From: Verrucomicrobiia bacterium
GTDB taxonomy: Bacteria > Verrucomicrobiota > Verrucomicrobiia > Limisphaerales > UBA1319
Direction of reading: 5' to 3'
DNA length: 64,000 nt
Assembly (NCBI GenBank): GCA_963664225.1
Contig: OY760937.1
Coordinates: 1-64,000 of the forward strand
Below are positions 1 to 11,080 of this stretch, piece after piece. Every line of letters begins with the position of its first letter. Position 1 is the first letter of the stretch. The notes under the pieces were generated by a model. That model did not search any database. It had not been told where the DNA came from and saw only the letters and a program-made list of their open reading frames with translations. Position numbers and translations under genes: made by a program.

Positions 1-179
1 AGTTTGAATCCCCAACCCGTCCAGAGACCAATGCGATATCCAGATGACGAAGACCAAGCTAATGACCCTCGACGAGTAACCAGTCCTTAAACGTATGACC
101 AACCCAAGCGCACCCAATGCCAAGCGGTTTTCCAAGCCCATTACCCGTCTATTGGACACGATCAGAGTAACTCGAACGT

Positions 180-605
180 GTGTTGGGGATGGCCTCAATG
201 ACGACGAACTCACCCTGGTTGTTACGCGAAACGGCCCTGCCGGACCGAAGAGGGATTCACATTTCTGAGTTTTCCGCAGCGGGGATAACAACGTTGAATG
301 TTCCCCATCAGGACCCTGGCCGAACTGGTATTCAACCCAGGGGCTGGATCACGGTGGAGAAGAAAAGGATTGCCGAGGCGATTGCAAAGAAATACGGGCT
401 ACTGGTCGGTGAACCACCTGATGAACTATCGATCACTCAATTTTCGGCTTCCGATTTGCCCGGCATACACCATCACCTGGAGTTAAGGGAAATCGTTGGG
501 GACGCCATCATTGTCGCCCACCCCCAATTACATCAAAGTGCGCATGTTCGGGGCGAGCCCCCGAAAGCCGATACGTTTGGGATCCGAATAAACCCGTGCT
601 GTTAG
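180..605 (+). CDS. hypothetical protein
   Basis: 141-aa ORF with protein-like composition; no motif recognised. Confidence 0.3.
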   Translation: MLGMASMTTNSPWLLRETALPDRRGIHISEFSAAGITTLNVPHQDPGRTGIQPRGWITVEKKRIAEAIAKKYGLLVGEPPDELSITQFSASDLPGIHHHLELREIVGDAIIVAHPQLHQSAHVRGEPPKADTFGIRINPCC

Positions 606-702
606 GCCCCAGATTTGCTAAATCACCTTTCGGACTTGTATCAGCCGTGACGCTCAACTCGAAACCGTACCCCACTCATTGACAACAAGCTGTTAAATTG
701 TA

Positions 703-1918
703 ATGCAACTTAATAACCAGACTCCTGAAAATTTTGTAAGATGGAAAACAATTCTGCCAGCCCTCTTGTGCGGGCTTTCCATGACCGCCTGCAATCGCCA
801 GGTCCAAGCTCCGCCACCCCGAGTACCAGAGGTGACAACGGTGACGGTAGCCCAGCAACAGGCCCTTGCTGACCATCGAACTGCCTGGACGCACCTCTGC
901 ATATCGCATTGCTGATATCCGGCCTCAGGTCAACGGCCTCATACAGAAGCGCCTTTTCACTGAGGGCACAGACGTTCAAGCCGGCCAGGAACTTTATCAA
1001 ATCGATCCTGCTCCCTTTCAGGCGGCACTTGACAACGCCAAGGCTGCACTTGGCAGGGCTGAAGCCAACCTGCCTGCCCTTCAGTCGAGGGCGGATCGTT
1101 ACAAGGAAGCACTGACTGACAAAGCGATCAGCCAGCAAGATCTCGATGATGTCTCCGCCGCCCTGAAACAGGCCAAAGCCGATATTGCGTATTACCAGGC
1201 ATTGGTGGAGACAGCCCGCATCAACCTTGGATACGCTCATGTCGTGTCGCCAATCTCCGGCCGTATCGGAACCTCCACAGTGACGGATGGCGCCATTGTG
1301 ACGGCGTATCAGCCGACGGCGCTGGCTTCCATTCAGCAATTGGATCCTATTTATGTGGACGTGCCCCAATCCACCACCGACCTGCTCCGATTGAAGCGCC
1401 GCCTCAAGGAAGGTCAGATCAACCATAGCGGAACAAACATGAACGTGGTGCAACTTCTTTTGGAGGACGGCACAACGTATGCTCAGGAGGGGACCCTCCA
1501 ATTCCGTGATATCTCGGTGGAGCCAACCACAGGATCAGTGATTCTGCGAATGGTCTTTCCCAATCCCAACGGAACTCTTCTGCCGGGAATGTTTGTGCGG
1601 GTGTTGGTCAAGGAAGGTGTTAACGAACAGGCCATCCTGATTCCCCAGCAGGCGGTATCGCGCAATAACAAGGGAAATCCCGTGGCTCTGCTTGTGGACG
1701 CCGACGGCAAAGTTCAGCAGCGGTCACTTACCGTTGATCGGAGCCTTGGGAACAAATGGCTCGTCAGCTCAGGTCTTGCTGCTGGCGACCGGGCCATCAT
1801 TGAGGGGATACAGCGTGTGCGACCCGGAATGCCGGTCAAAGAAGTTCCTTCCATTACTGAAGGAAGAGAGAGAGAGCCACTAAACCAAGCGGCCCAAGCG
1901 GCCCCAAAATCGAACTAA
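703..1918 (+). pseudogene. acrA: RND efflux periplasmic adaptor (AcrA/MexA family lipoprotein), split by a +1 frameshift at ~863-865
   Basis: The 703 frame encodes a signal peptide and lipobox (LSMTAC) and PEVTTVTV. The 866 frame continues LTIELPGRT...IRPQVNG...LYQIDP. Removing one C from GGCCC joins the two. Confidence 0.85.
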
Positions 1919-1930
1919 CACAGACACTTT

Positions 1931-4900
1931 ATGATCTCGAGATTCTTTCTGCAACGGCCGGTATTCGCGTGGGTTGTCGCCGTCGTCATCATGGTGTTGG
2001 GCGGGTTGGCCATTTACAACCTGCCCATTGCCCAGTATCCAGCCATCGCTCCACCTTCCATCCGCATTGTGGCCTTTTACCCTGGAGCCTCTGCGGAGAC
2101 GGTGGAGAACAGCGTTACCCAGATCATCGAACAGAAGATGACCGGCCTGGATAAGATGATCTACATGTCCTCCACCAGCGATTCTGCCGGCAGTTCCATG
2201 ATCGAACTGACTTTTGCCCCTGGGACCGATCCGGACATTGCATGGGTCAAGGTGCAGAACAAGCTCCAGTCGGCCATGGCCAGCCTTCCGGAAGTGGTCC
2301 AGCAAACAGGCGTCGATGTCGGAAAAGCCACAAAAAACTACCTGCTGGCAGTGGGCCTGATCTCTGAAGACGGCAGCATGAGCGACATCGATTTGCGGGA
2401 TTACGCTCAATCCAAACTCGAGCAGGTTCTTGCCCGCGTGCCCGGTGTGGGTGAAATCCAGGAGTTGGGTTTCCAGTATGCCATGCGCGTCTGGCTCGAC
2501 CCGGACAAGCTCACCAATTACCGCCTGACCGTCGAAGATGTGGTTCTGGCACTGCGGGCCTACAACGTGGAAGTTTCCGCCGGCCAGTTCGGAGGGGCAC
2601 CGGCGAGGAAAGGTCAGCGATTAAACGTCAACATCATCGTGCAGAGCCTCCTTAAGACTCCTGACGAGTTTGCCAACGTTCCTCTGCGCACCAATCCGGA
2701 CGGATCCATTGTGCGGGTCAAAGACGTCGGGAGAACGGAACTGGGAACGGACTACTACGATGTTGATGTCAGATACAACGGGAAGCCTGCCGCCGGCATG
2801 CTCATCCGGATGGAACCTGGGGCGAACGCTCTGGTGACTGCGGATACCATCAAGACCAAATTGGCGGAGATGAGCCGCTACTTCCCGCCGAGAATGAAGG
2901 TCGTGTATCCCTACGACACCACCCCGTTCGTCAAGGTCGCCATCAATGAAACCGTTAAGACCCTGTTTGAGGCGATTGGGCTTGTGTTCGTGGTGATGTA
3001 TCTATTTATGGGGAACATCCGCGCCACACTGGTCCCCACCATCGCTGTGCCGGTGGTCCTCTTGGGCACGTTCGGAATGCTGGGAGCGTTTGGCTTTTCC
3101 ATCAACATGCTAACCATGTTCGCGATGGTGCTGGCCATCGGCCTGCTGGTGGATGACGCCATCGTGGTCGTTGAAAACGTGGAACGGATCATGAGCGAGG
3201 AGGGGCTTTCGCCCCGGGAAGCCACAGCCAAGTCCATGGACCAGATCACCCCCGCCCTTATCGGCATCGGTCTGGTGCTCGCGGCGGTCTTTGGTCCCAT
3301 GGCGTTTTTTGGCGGATCCACTGGCGTCCTCTATCGCCAGTTTTCCGTAACCATTGTCGCCGCCATGCTGCTGTCCGTGGTCGTGGCCTTGATTCTGTCG
3401 CCAGTGTTGTGCGCGACACTCCTCAAGCCAGTGCCCAAAGGGCACGAGTCGGCAGAAGGGGCGATTTGGTTTGTGCGTCCGTTTTTCGTGTGGTTTGATC
3501 GCGCCTTTTGCAGGTTTCGGGACGCCTATGTGAAACTGGTTGGCCACGCGCTTGCCCGGAAACTGCGCTACCTCACGGCGTTCGTCCTGATTGTGGCAGG
3601 ACTGGGATTTCTTTTTGCCAGGATGCCCAAGAGTTATCTCCCGGATGAAGACCAGGGGAATTTATTCGCCCAGATCGTCATGCCAACAGGCGCCACCATG
3701 GAACAGACCCAGGAGGTTGCTGATGAAATCCAACGCTATTTTCAAGAAAACGAAAAGGAGGCGGTGGAATCGTGCATGACGGCTGTCGGCATGGGTTTCT
3801 CAGGCCGGGCACAAAACAACGGCATGGTGTTTGCCAAGCTGAAGGATTGGAAGCTGCGTGAACGTCCGGATTTACGGGTCAAGGCCATCGCCGAACGCGC
3901 CATGGGAGCGATGTCCAAGATCCGCAGTGCCATGGTGTTTGTCTTCCCGCCTCCGTCGGTTATCGAGTTGGGTATGGCCAAGGGATTTGATTTTCAGCTG
4001 CTGGACCGTGGCGGCCTCGGTCATGCCTCCCTGTTGAACGCCCGCAACCAAATGATGAACATGGTGGCGCTGGATCCGAGATTGGTGAATGTCCGGCCTA
4101 ACGGCATGGAGGATGTGCCCGAATACCGGATTGACGTGGACTGGGAAAAAGCCGGAGCGTTAGGAGCACCCATCACCTCGATCCACAATACAATCTCTGC
4201 GGCTTTCGGTGGTGCTTACGTCAACAACTTCATTCAAGGCGGCCGCGTTAAACGGGTTTTTGTCCAGGCGGACACCGACCACCGCATGCTGCCCGAGGAT
4301 CTGAATAAAATCTACGTGCGAAATACCAGCGGGAAGATGGCACCCTTTGCCTCGCTTGCCTCCAGCCACTGGACCACTGGTTCGCCCCGACTGGAGCGCT
4401 ACAATGGGTTCCCGTCCATGAACATCTGGGGCGAGGCGGCGCCAGGCCGGAGTTCGGGTGAGGCGATGCAGGCCATGGAAGAGATTGTCTCCAATCTGCC
4501 GCAGGGGGTCGGCTATGACTGGACCGGGCTTTCGTACCAGGAACGGATGTCCAACGCCCAGTCGGCGCCGCTTTACATCTTTTCCATTCTCGTGATCTTT
4601 CTGTGCCTCGCCGCCCTTTATGAAAGCTGGGCCATCCCCGTTGCGATCCTGCTAGTACTACCATTGGGGATCATCGGCGGCGTCATCGCCTCAACGCTGC
4701 GGGGATTGCCCAATGACGTCTATTTCCAGATCGGGTTGTTGACCACCTTGGGTCTGACCACAAAGAATGCCATCCTCATCATCCAGTTCGCCAAGGCCCG
4801 GGCTGAACAGGGAATGGGCCTTATTGAGGCAACGCTGGAAGCCACCAAACTGCGGTTCCGTCCCATCGTCATGACTTCGCTTGCCTTCGGGTTTGGCGTC

Positions 4901-5104
4901 CTGCCCCTGGCATTGAACACAGGCGCGGGTGCAGGGGCTATGAATGCCATCGGCACCTCAGTGCTTGGCGGGATGATCACCGGCACGCTCCTCGCGATTT
5001 TATTTGCCCCGTTGTTCTACGTGGTCATCGAGAAAACCTTCGGTAAACGCAAATTGCAATCAGAGGCCAACAGCATCGCGACAACTCCATCTGCTAATCA
5101 ATAA
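1931..5104 (+). CDS. acrB: RND efflux permease (AcrB/MexB, HAE1 family)
   Basis: 1057 aa; FFLQRPVFAWV, QYPAIAPP, AIGLLVDDAIVVVENVER, KNAILI, RFRPIVMTSLAF. Confidence 0.95.
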   Translation: MISRFFLQRPVFAWVVAVVIMVLGGLAIYNLPIAQYPAIAPPSIRIVAFYPGASAETVENSVTQIIEQKMTGLDKMIYMSSTSDSAGSSMIELTFAPGTDPDIAWVKVQNKLQSAMASLPEVVQQTGVDVGKATKNYLLAVGLISEDGSMSDIDLRDYAQSKLEQVLARVPGVGEIQELGFQYAMRVWLDPDKLTNYRLTVEDVVLALRAYNVEVSAGQFGGAPARKGQRLNVNIIVQSLLKTPDEFANVPLRTNPDGSIVRVKDVGRTELGTDYYDVDVRYNGKPAAGMLIRMEPGANALVTADTIKTKLAEMSRYFPPRMKVVYPYDTTPFVKVAINETVKTLFEAIGLVFVVMYLFMGNIRATLVPTIAVPVVLLGTFGMLGAFGFSINMLTMFAMVLAIGLLVDDAIVVVENVERIMSEEGLSPREATAKSMDQITPALIGIGLVLAAVFGPMAFFGGSTGVLYRQFSVTIVAAMLLSVVVALILSPVLCATLLKPVPKGHESAEGAIWFVRPFFVWFDRAFCRFRDAYVKLVGHALARKLRYLTAFVLIVAGLGFLFARMPKSYLPDEDQGNLFAQIVMPTGATMEQTQEVADEIQRYFQENEKEAVESCMTAVGMGFSGRAQNNGMVFAKLKDWKLRERPDLRVKAIAERAMGAMSKIRSAMVFVFPPPSVIELGMAKGFDFQLLDRGGLGHASLLNARNQMMNMVALDPRLVNVRPNGMEDVPEYRIDVDWEKAGALGAPITSIHNTISAAFGGAYVNNFIQGGRVKRVFVQADTDHRMLPEDLNKIYVRNTSGKMAPFASLASSHWTTGSPRLERYNGFPSMNIWGEAAPGRSSGEAMQAMEEIVSNLPQGVGYDWTGLSYQERMSNAQSAPLYIFSILVIFLCLAALYESWAIPVAILLVLPLGIIGGVIASTLRGLPNDVYFQIGLLTTLGLTTKNAILIIQFAKARAEQGMGLIEATLEATKLRFRPIVMTSLAFGFGVLPLALNTGAGAGAMNAIGTSVLGGMITGTLLAILFAPLFYVVIEKTFGKRKLQSEANSIATTPSANQ

Positions 5105-6574
5105 ATGAACAAGAAACTTCTTCCGGTGTTGGTTGGAATTGCCGTCGCCTTGGTCGGATGCACCATGGCCCCGAAATATGTGCGGCCGACTGCCCCAATT
5201 CCGGTCGAGTGGCCAACAGGTGCGGCCTACGAGTCAGCAGTGGCGACCAACGCCACCGTTGCTTCGCAGCTCAAGTGGAGGGAATTCTTCACCGACGCGA
5301 AGCTTCAAAAGGTCATCGGGACGGCACTAACGAACAACCGTGATCTGCGTCTTTCAATCTTGAATGTGGAACAGGCACGGGTGGGATACGGTATTCAACG
5401 GGCCAACCTCCTGCCGGTGGTCGATGCCACAGGCAGCGGCAGCAAACAACGGGTGCCTGCGGATCTCTCGAGTTCTGGAAAGAGGCAGACTATTGAGCGA
5501 TATGATGCCAATCTGGGGGTTGCGTCGTGGGAAATCGACTTTTTCGGACGCATCCGCAGCCTGAAGGACAACGCCTTGGAGCAATATCTGGCCACGGAAC
5601 AAGCCCGCCGCAGTGCCCAGATTCTGCTCGTGTCCACGGTGGCCAACACCTATCTGACACTGGCTGCAGTTCAGGAAAACCTCAAACTGGCGCAGACCAC
5701 CCTGGAGACTCAACGAGGCTCTTATGATCTGATCAAACGGCGCTACACGCTCGGTCTTCTACCTGAGTTGGATTTGTTGCGCGCGCAAACCCAGGTGGAT
5801 TCCGCCTGCGGCGATGTCGCTCGTTTCACACAATTGGTGGCGCAGTACCAAAATGCCCTGAACCTACTGGCTGGTTCCACAGTGCCGGTCGAACTGCTGC
5901 CTGCCGAGCTGGGGACGGTTGCTCCCCCCATGGAAGTCCAAGCCGGGCTGACCTCTGAGGTGCTTCTTGGCCGCCCGGATGTTCTCCAGGCTGAAAACAT
6001 GCTCAAGGCCGCCAATGCGAACATTGGTGCCGCGCGCGCGGCGTTTTTCCCGCGCATTTCACTGACTGCCGCGGTGGGGACCGCCAGCAGCGATCTGGAT
6101 GGACTCTTCAAGTCCGGTTCAGGCACCTGGAGCTACGCACCGCAGATTGTGATGCCTATTTTCGACGCACGGGTCTGGGCTGCTCACAGGGGCGCCAGGG
6201 TGCAGCAGCAAATTGCTGTGACCTCATACGAAAAGTCGATTCAAGATTCCTTCCGGGAAGTGGCGGACACTCTGACTGTTCGCGGCACGGTGGGCCAGCA
6301 ACTGGATGCGCAACAATCCCTGGTCAAGGCTGTGGAAAAAACCTATCGCTTATCCACTTCCCGCTATGACAAGGGGATTGATAGCTATCTGAATGTGCTT
6401 GATGCACAAAGGTCGCTCTATGCCGCGCAACAGGGACTCGTTTCCCTCCGTCTGGCAAAACTCGCCAACCAGGTGAGCCTTTACGCCGTGCTGGGCGGCG
6501 GCTGGGAAACGGAAAGTCAATCCAACGGGCCAGATAGTTTGGCTTCTGCCTCAGTTAAGCCAAAAAACAACTGA
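5105..6574 (+). CDS. RND outer-membrane factor lipoprotein (OprM/NodT family)
   Basis: Lipobox LVGC, NNRDLR, SWEIDFFGRIRS, ANANIGAARAAFFP, LYAVLGGGW; third gene of the operon. Confidence 0.95.
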   Translation: MNKKLLPVLVGIAVALVGCTMAPKYVRPTAPIPVEWPTGAAYESAVATNATVASQLKWREFFTDAKLQKVIGTALTNNRDLRLSILNVEQARVGYGIQRANLLPVVDATGSGSKQRVPADLSSSGKRQTIERYDANLGVASWEIDFFGRIRSLKDNALEQYLATEQARRSAQILLVSTVANTYLTLAAVQENLKLAQTTLETQRGSYDLIKRRYTLGLLPELDLLRAQTQVDSACGDVARFTQLVAQYQNALNLLAGSTVPVELLPAELGTVAPPMEVQAGLTSEVLLGRPDVLQAENMLKAANANIGAARAAFFPRISLTAAVGTASSDLDGLFKSGSGTWSYAPQIVMPIFDARVWAAHRGARVQQQIAVTSYEKSIQDSFREVADTLTVRGTVGQQLDAQQSLVKAVEKTYRLSTSRYDKGIDSYLNVLDAQRSLYAAQQGLVSLRLAKLANQVSLYAVLGGGWETESQSNGPDSLASASVKPKNN

Positions 6575-6605
6575 GCGGTAAAAGACACTGAGTCGAGGCA
6601 ACATT

Positions 6606-6848
6606 ATGAACAAAAAGCAGAACAATAAAAAGACTGGCGCCAATAACCCGGAACGTGAGGATGGGTTGACAAAGATCGTCCATGCAAACGCGTCCATTCC
6701 CAGGGACCTCATTCGTCGGCGCGCCTACGAAATCCATATGACGAGAGGCGGTGGCATGGGGCAGGACTTGGATGATTGGCTGCAAGCGGAGCGCGAAATC
6801 AAAGCCGAAATGCAGCATGCCTCCGATTTCTCAAACCCAGGCACTTAA
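6606..6848 (+). CDS. DUF2934 family protein
   Basis: IRRRAYEI...G.DLDDWLQAEREI motif. Confidence 0.8.
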   Translation: MNKKQNNKKTGANNPEREDGLTKIVHANASIPRDLIRRRAYEIHMTRGGGMGQDLDDWLQAEREIKAEMQHASDFSNPGT

Positions 6849-7405
6849 CCATGCGTATGGTCCATTCAAAGAGGATGGAACAGCGGCTGCCGGGAATTCC
6901 AACGTCCAGCCTCGAATTGCTTGCGGCTCAAAAGGGCGACCAATCGGTTCGCATACTGATTGTGGATCACGAAGCCTTCTTGCTGACTTATGTTTGGCAC
7001 CTCACAACCTTTTTTGAGCGTGTATGCCCCTCTGAACAACCCAAATGGAAATACTGGTCCTATGCCGGTATTGCACAGCCGTTGGGAATGGCTACTGCCA
7101 GTCAGGCCGTTGGCACAGCGAACTGGGTCGTGTTCTGCCAGTCAACACCGACGGCCTTGCCGTCGTATGTTCAACGCGGGTCGGAAAGCTGGCTTTCTCA
7201 AGAACGCGAACCACGGGCGTCAGTCGGATTTTTCGACCTCACCGGAGATGAACCGGGTGATGAGAGTAAGGCCCAAGTGTTTTTGCGCAAATTGGCCCGA
7301 AAGGAGAACCGGGTATTTGTGGCGGTTCGGGATTGCCTTTGGGGGGATCGAGGCACCGCGCTGCCTTGTCTCACACACCCACAGACTAGATTGAGATATG
7401 AATGA
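6776..7405 (+). CDS. hypothetical protein (start uncertain, probably downstream of 6848)
   Basis: Longest ORF in the interval, co-oriented with its neighbours. Confidence 0.4.
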   Translation: MAASGARNQSRNAACLRFLKPRHLTMRMVHSKRMEQRLPGIPTSSLELLAAQKGDQSVRILIVDHEAFLLTYVWHLTTFFERVCPSEQPKWKYWSYAGIAQPLGMATASQAVGTANWVVFCQSTPTALPSYVQRGSESWLSQEREPRASVGFFDLTGDEPGDESKAQVFLRKLARKENRVFVAVRDCLWGDRGTALPCLTHPQTRLRYE

Positions 7406-7746
7406 CCGCAATGGGAACCGGACGCAGGAGTTATGAGGATCGTTTTCCACGGAAAATTCCAGCCGGGTGTGACGCGTGGCCTGTTTCGGCTCACCAAGGA
7501 ATACAGTCATTGCCAAACGTCGGATCCCATACATCGAATATTACGCGTGGTCATGCGTCGCGCAAGCGGGAGCCCGCCAGCATCCGCTTCCCGCATGATA
7601 AGGGGGACACACACTAAACTTTCTCGAACGATGGATTTAGTTGTTCCAACGGCTGTCAGCCAAACCTCTCCAGAAGCCACCTATGTGAAGCATTCCTTGG
7701 TTCACGCAAACCAGTCGTAAACGAATCCAATGAAAGGTTCTTCTGC

Positions 7747-8199
7747 ATGTCGTATTACATAAATCAATTTGAAGAAGCGATGTGCGCGTTTGTTACCCAC
7801 GATGGGACGATGTCCCTGGCCGAAACAGCGGCGGCTCAGCAGGATGTCGCGGAATTATTGGCTGCAAAACGATGGAACCGGATTATCGTGAATGTCACTG
7901 CCATGCAATCCGTCCCCAAAGGGGCCGAAGTGTTCGGTCTTGGTAAATCGTTATCTCGAAGCCTGCCTCGGAGCGTCCGAATTGCGCTGGTTGTGCGACA
8001 GGACCAGGCAAAGCACGCCAGACTGATAGAGCAGTTGGCTCGCAAAGGCGGCACATTTCTAACGTATTTCATCGATGCCCAGAAGGCGGAGGTTTGGGTG
8101 CGAAGAACCCCACCGTTAATGCACAACGCACATTTCGAGGTGCCTCAGCACCCAGGAGTAGAACCAACCAAAGCAATGAGAGGAGATTGTGATGCGTGA
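7747..8199 (+). CDS. hypothetical protein (possible STAS/SpoIIAA-like alpha/beta fold)
   Basis: RIIVNV...RIALVV...YFIDAQKAEVWV pattern resembles SpoIIAA-like proteins. Confidence 0.55.
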   Translation: MSYYINQFEEAMCAFVTHDGTMSLAETAAAQQDVAELLAAKRWNRIIVNVTAMQSVPKGAEVFGLGKSLSRSLPRSVRIALVVRQDQAKHARLIEQLARKGGTFLTYFIDAQKAEVWVRRTPPLMHNAHFEVPQHPGVEPTKAMRGDCDA

Positions 8200-8411
8200 A
8201 GAGGTCCAGCAACACTTGGCAATGACCGTGGCAATGTATCCGCCAGGCCACTTGGCTCTGGGTGCCGCCACGGGGCTTGTCCTGCGAAAAGGCTACACTT
8301 CAGCCCGAGTCCAAGAAGATGTTGACCCGTGGCAATACAACCCGAATAACGGCTATCCAGCGGTCGGTAGCAGGTACTGGCACCTGTAGAGCCATAGAGA
8401 ACGGTACGCTT

Positions 8412-8699
8412 ATGCTCATCCTGATTGTCGCTTTCATCGTCCTGGCTGTGGCCTGCGGTTTCCTTTGGCACGATCAGCCCGGCAATGAAAATAACTGTGC
8501 GGTGGACGACGATAACCACAGGAACGAACTGCGGCCAGAACTGGGCCTAAAGAGCCCAAGTATTCCAGCGTCCATACACATATTTCCCGTAGGACCTGGC
8601 GTATGTGGCGAAAGTGATGCGACGCAGGCCAATGGATCGACAGATCCAACGCCAGCCCGGATTAAAGGAAAGACTCAGGCAAACCCTATAAACCCATGA
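8412..8699 (+). CDS. hypothetical membrane-anchored protein
   Basis: ATG followed by hydrophobic LILIVAFIVLAVACGFLW; stop overlaps the next start (ATGA). Confidence 0.35.
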   Translation: MLILIVAFIVLAVACGFLWHDQPGNENNCAVDDDNHRNELRPELGLKSPSIPASIHIFPVGPGVCGESDATQANGSTDPTPARIKGKTQANPINP

Positions 8700-9406
8700 A
8701 ATATCCAAACATTCTTGTTAGTGTTCGCACCCCAAAGCCGAGATCGCGGCCTGCTTTCAGCAGCCTCGACCAGAGACCCCATAAACGATTCCTGGCTTTA
8801 GCAATCTCACTTTTTGTATGCGCCGCCCACGCCCAAGATTCGTCTCCCTTTGCGCCCATGCCAAGCCTTGAGCACGCGCCTGCATTACCAACCCTTCCCG
8901 ATCCGCATGCACTCTTGTCCACAAATTGGAACATGGGCTTCACTCTGGGCGCAGGCTTCGGTGTGAGTGACATGGGCAGCGCTGAATCACACCATCTCAC
9001 GGCAGCTACGCTGCACGTTGGAAAACTGCTGGAGTCGGGAAGGCCGCTTCTCCGCCATGTGGAATTGGCCGGCGAATTGTGGAGTGGCGCACAGTTTCAC
9101 CCCGATAGCGCCTACTTGGTTGGGCTCACGCCGGTCGCGCGCTATCATTTCCTGCCAGGCTCGCGGCTGGACCCATTTATTGACGGCGGCGCCGGTGTCA
9201 CGGCAACTGACATTGGGCGCCCAGACTTGAGCACAACTTTCGAATTCAATCTCCAGGCGGGAGTCGGGTTTCACTGGGTCTTGCGGAAGAATCTCGCGCT
9301 CACATTCGATGGGCGCTACATCCACCTGTCCAATGCGGGTATTGACCAGCCTAATCACGGCGTTAACTCGTTTCTGTTCAGCAGCGGCCTGACTTGGTTC
9401 TTCTAA
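8696..9406 (+). CDS. acyloxyacyl hydrolase / lipid A 3-O-deacylase (PagL family) beta-barrel
   Basis: YIHLSNAGIDQPNHGVNS catalytic motif, LSTTFEFNLQAGVG, C-terminal Phe. Confidence 0.85.
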   Translation: MKYPNILVSVRTPKPRSRPAFSSLDQRPHKRFLALAISLFVCAAHAQDSSPFAPMPSLEHAPALPTLPDPHALLSTNWNMGFTLGAGFGVSDMGSAESHHLTAATLHVGKLLESGRPLLRHVELAGELWSGAQFHPDSAYLVGLTPVARYHFLPGSRLDPFIDGGAGVTATDIGRPDLSTTFEFNLQAGVGFHWVLRKNLALTFDGRYIHLSNAGIDQPNHGVNSFLFSSGLTWFF

Positions 9407-9465
9407 GAGTTTCTCCAGATGAAAACAATAAAGCAACAGGCTCAAGATAATGTCGGAGTTGTGCC

Positions 9466-10089
9466 ATGAAAAAGAATTCCCGATCGTCCCCTCCAGAGCC
9501 TTCACGGCAATCGATGCATCCTGTGAGGAAGCCCGCCCAAGAGGACATCCACACGCCAAGGCAAGTGCGAGCACTCATAGCCGACGATTCTACTTCCGGG
9601 CTAAAAGCCCTCGCTCGAATACTAACGCTCGATGCCAACATTTTACTCGTCGGCACCGCGACCGACGGCTGCCAGGCAGTCCGACAGACTTCCATCCTGC
9701 AGCCGGAATTGGTTCTGATGGACTATCACATGCCCCACATGGACGGCATAGAGGCCACGCGATTCATAAAGCAGTTCAAGAATCCCCCGTTCGTCATCTT
9801 TGTTACCGCAAACAACACGCCGGAATGCCAGGCGCTGGCCAAGGCTGCGGGGGCGGACGGCTTTGTGGACAAGGGCGGAGACCTGCATGGCCAGTTGCGC
9901 ATGGTCTTCCAGGAGCTCTTGGGCTCGTGTCGGAAACCATTCCTTGCCGCGAAGAATCAGATTCCCAAGGCCTCCGTGGTTGCGGCTGATGAATTATATG
10001 AAACTCCTCAAACAAATGTTTATGCAGACCGACAATGCAAAAGCACCCGATATGTGGCCGGTGTGTGGCCAGGCATTATCTGCAAATGA
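9466..10089 (+). CDS. response regulator receiver-domain protein
   Basis: ALIADD, LVLMDYHMPHMDGIEAT, VIFVT, GADGFVDK; no recognisable output domain. Confidence 0.85.
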   Translation: MKKNSRSSPPEPSRQSMHPVRKPAQEDIHTPRQVRALIADDSTSGLKALARILTLDANILLVGTATDGCQAVRQTSILQPELVLMDYHMPHMDGIEATRFIKQFKNPPFVIFVTANNTPECQALAKAAGADGFVDKGGDLHGQLRMVFQELLGSCRKPFLAAKNQIPKASVVAADELYETPQTNVYADRQCKSTRYVAGVWPGIICK

Positions 10090-10255
10090 GCAACTGGTTT
10101 TTGAGGACTCGCGCATTGGGCCTATCGGCCTTGCTCTTCCTCCTGCAAGGCACATGAGCGAAGGTGGTATCGTCGAAAACGAGAGACATCCTGCATGATG
10201 CCCGCATCGGCGAGGCTTCGGAATCCCAGCCCCCATTGAACATTGAGACAAAGGC

Positions 10256-10558
10256 ATGAAGAACAAACTAATACCAACCGTCATCTGTGTGCTGGTGCTC
10301 GTGATGATCAGCCCAACCCCAGCGTTCGCGTCCTCTGAGTGGGAGTCGGACGCGGTCTCGGTCGTGGTCGATGTGACGGTGGCACGTCCGATCACCTGCG
10401 CCCTGACCCTACTTGGATCGGCAGTGTTTGTGGTCAGTCTCCCTGTCACAATCCCATCGGGAAGCGTGAAAAAAGTGGCGCACGCGCTGGTGTTGGTGCC
10501 TGCTAAAGACACGTTCACCAGGCCGGTCGGCGATTTGGACAACTTCTTGGAGGATTGA
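10256..10558 (+). CDS. small exported/membrane hypothetical protein
   Basis: Signal peptide (...PAFA) followed by VARP...LVLVPAKDTFTRPVG. Confidence 0.7.
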   Translation: MKNKLIPTVICVLVLVMISPTPAFASSEWESDAVSVVVDVTVARPITCALTLLGSAVFVVSLPVTIPSGSVKKVAHALVLVPAKDTFTRPVGDLDNFLED

Positions 10559-10777
10559 CCGAGATGCAGGCGAGTAAGTGCACTGTTTCGTGATGAGGGG
10601 CAAGTGCTCTGGATCAGGATCCATTTCCACCCACCTTTCTGAGCCTCGCCGCCCAAATTATGGGGTGTGTTATCTTTTGAATTCAGTAAAGATTATGGAA
10701 AGATTGGTAAAAATCGTTTGTTGTTTTGCTGTTGCCGCTAAAATGGTGATCTGATATGATCGCTAGCTTTAGGAGTT

Positions 10778-10971
10778 ACCCTTTCCGGAAAATATTGCCG
10801 TCTTCCAGCAATTCTTCCAAATATCCATACTTCCTGCATGATATAACAACCACCAGTCGGACAAATTAAAAGAAGGAGAAAGACAGACGGTTCGAAAGAA
10901 GCGGTAGATATCGTTGACTAAAATGTCATTATCGTGTTGTAATGTTCTAACATCATCCACGACACCCAGCA
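10778..10971 (-). repeat. Repeat R1: att-like direct repeat homologous to the 3' end of the LSR at 22470-24311
   Basis: Shares the invariant core AGACAGACGGTTCGAAAGAAGCGGTAGAT (+ strand) and the tail ATCCACGACACCCAGCA with R2-R4. Confidence 0.9.
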
Positions 10972-11080
10972 CGAAGTTTTCTGGCTTTATTGAGCCATTT
11001 GTAAAAATAGGGGGGAATGGGCAATCGGACTCAACCTCTAAACACCGTTCATCCTCGTACTGCGTTCACCTAGAATCGAG

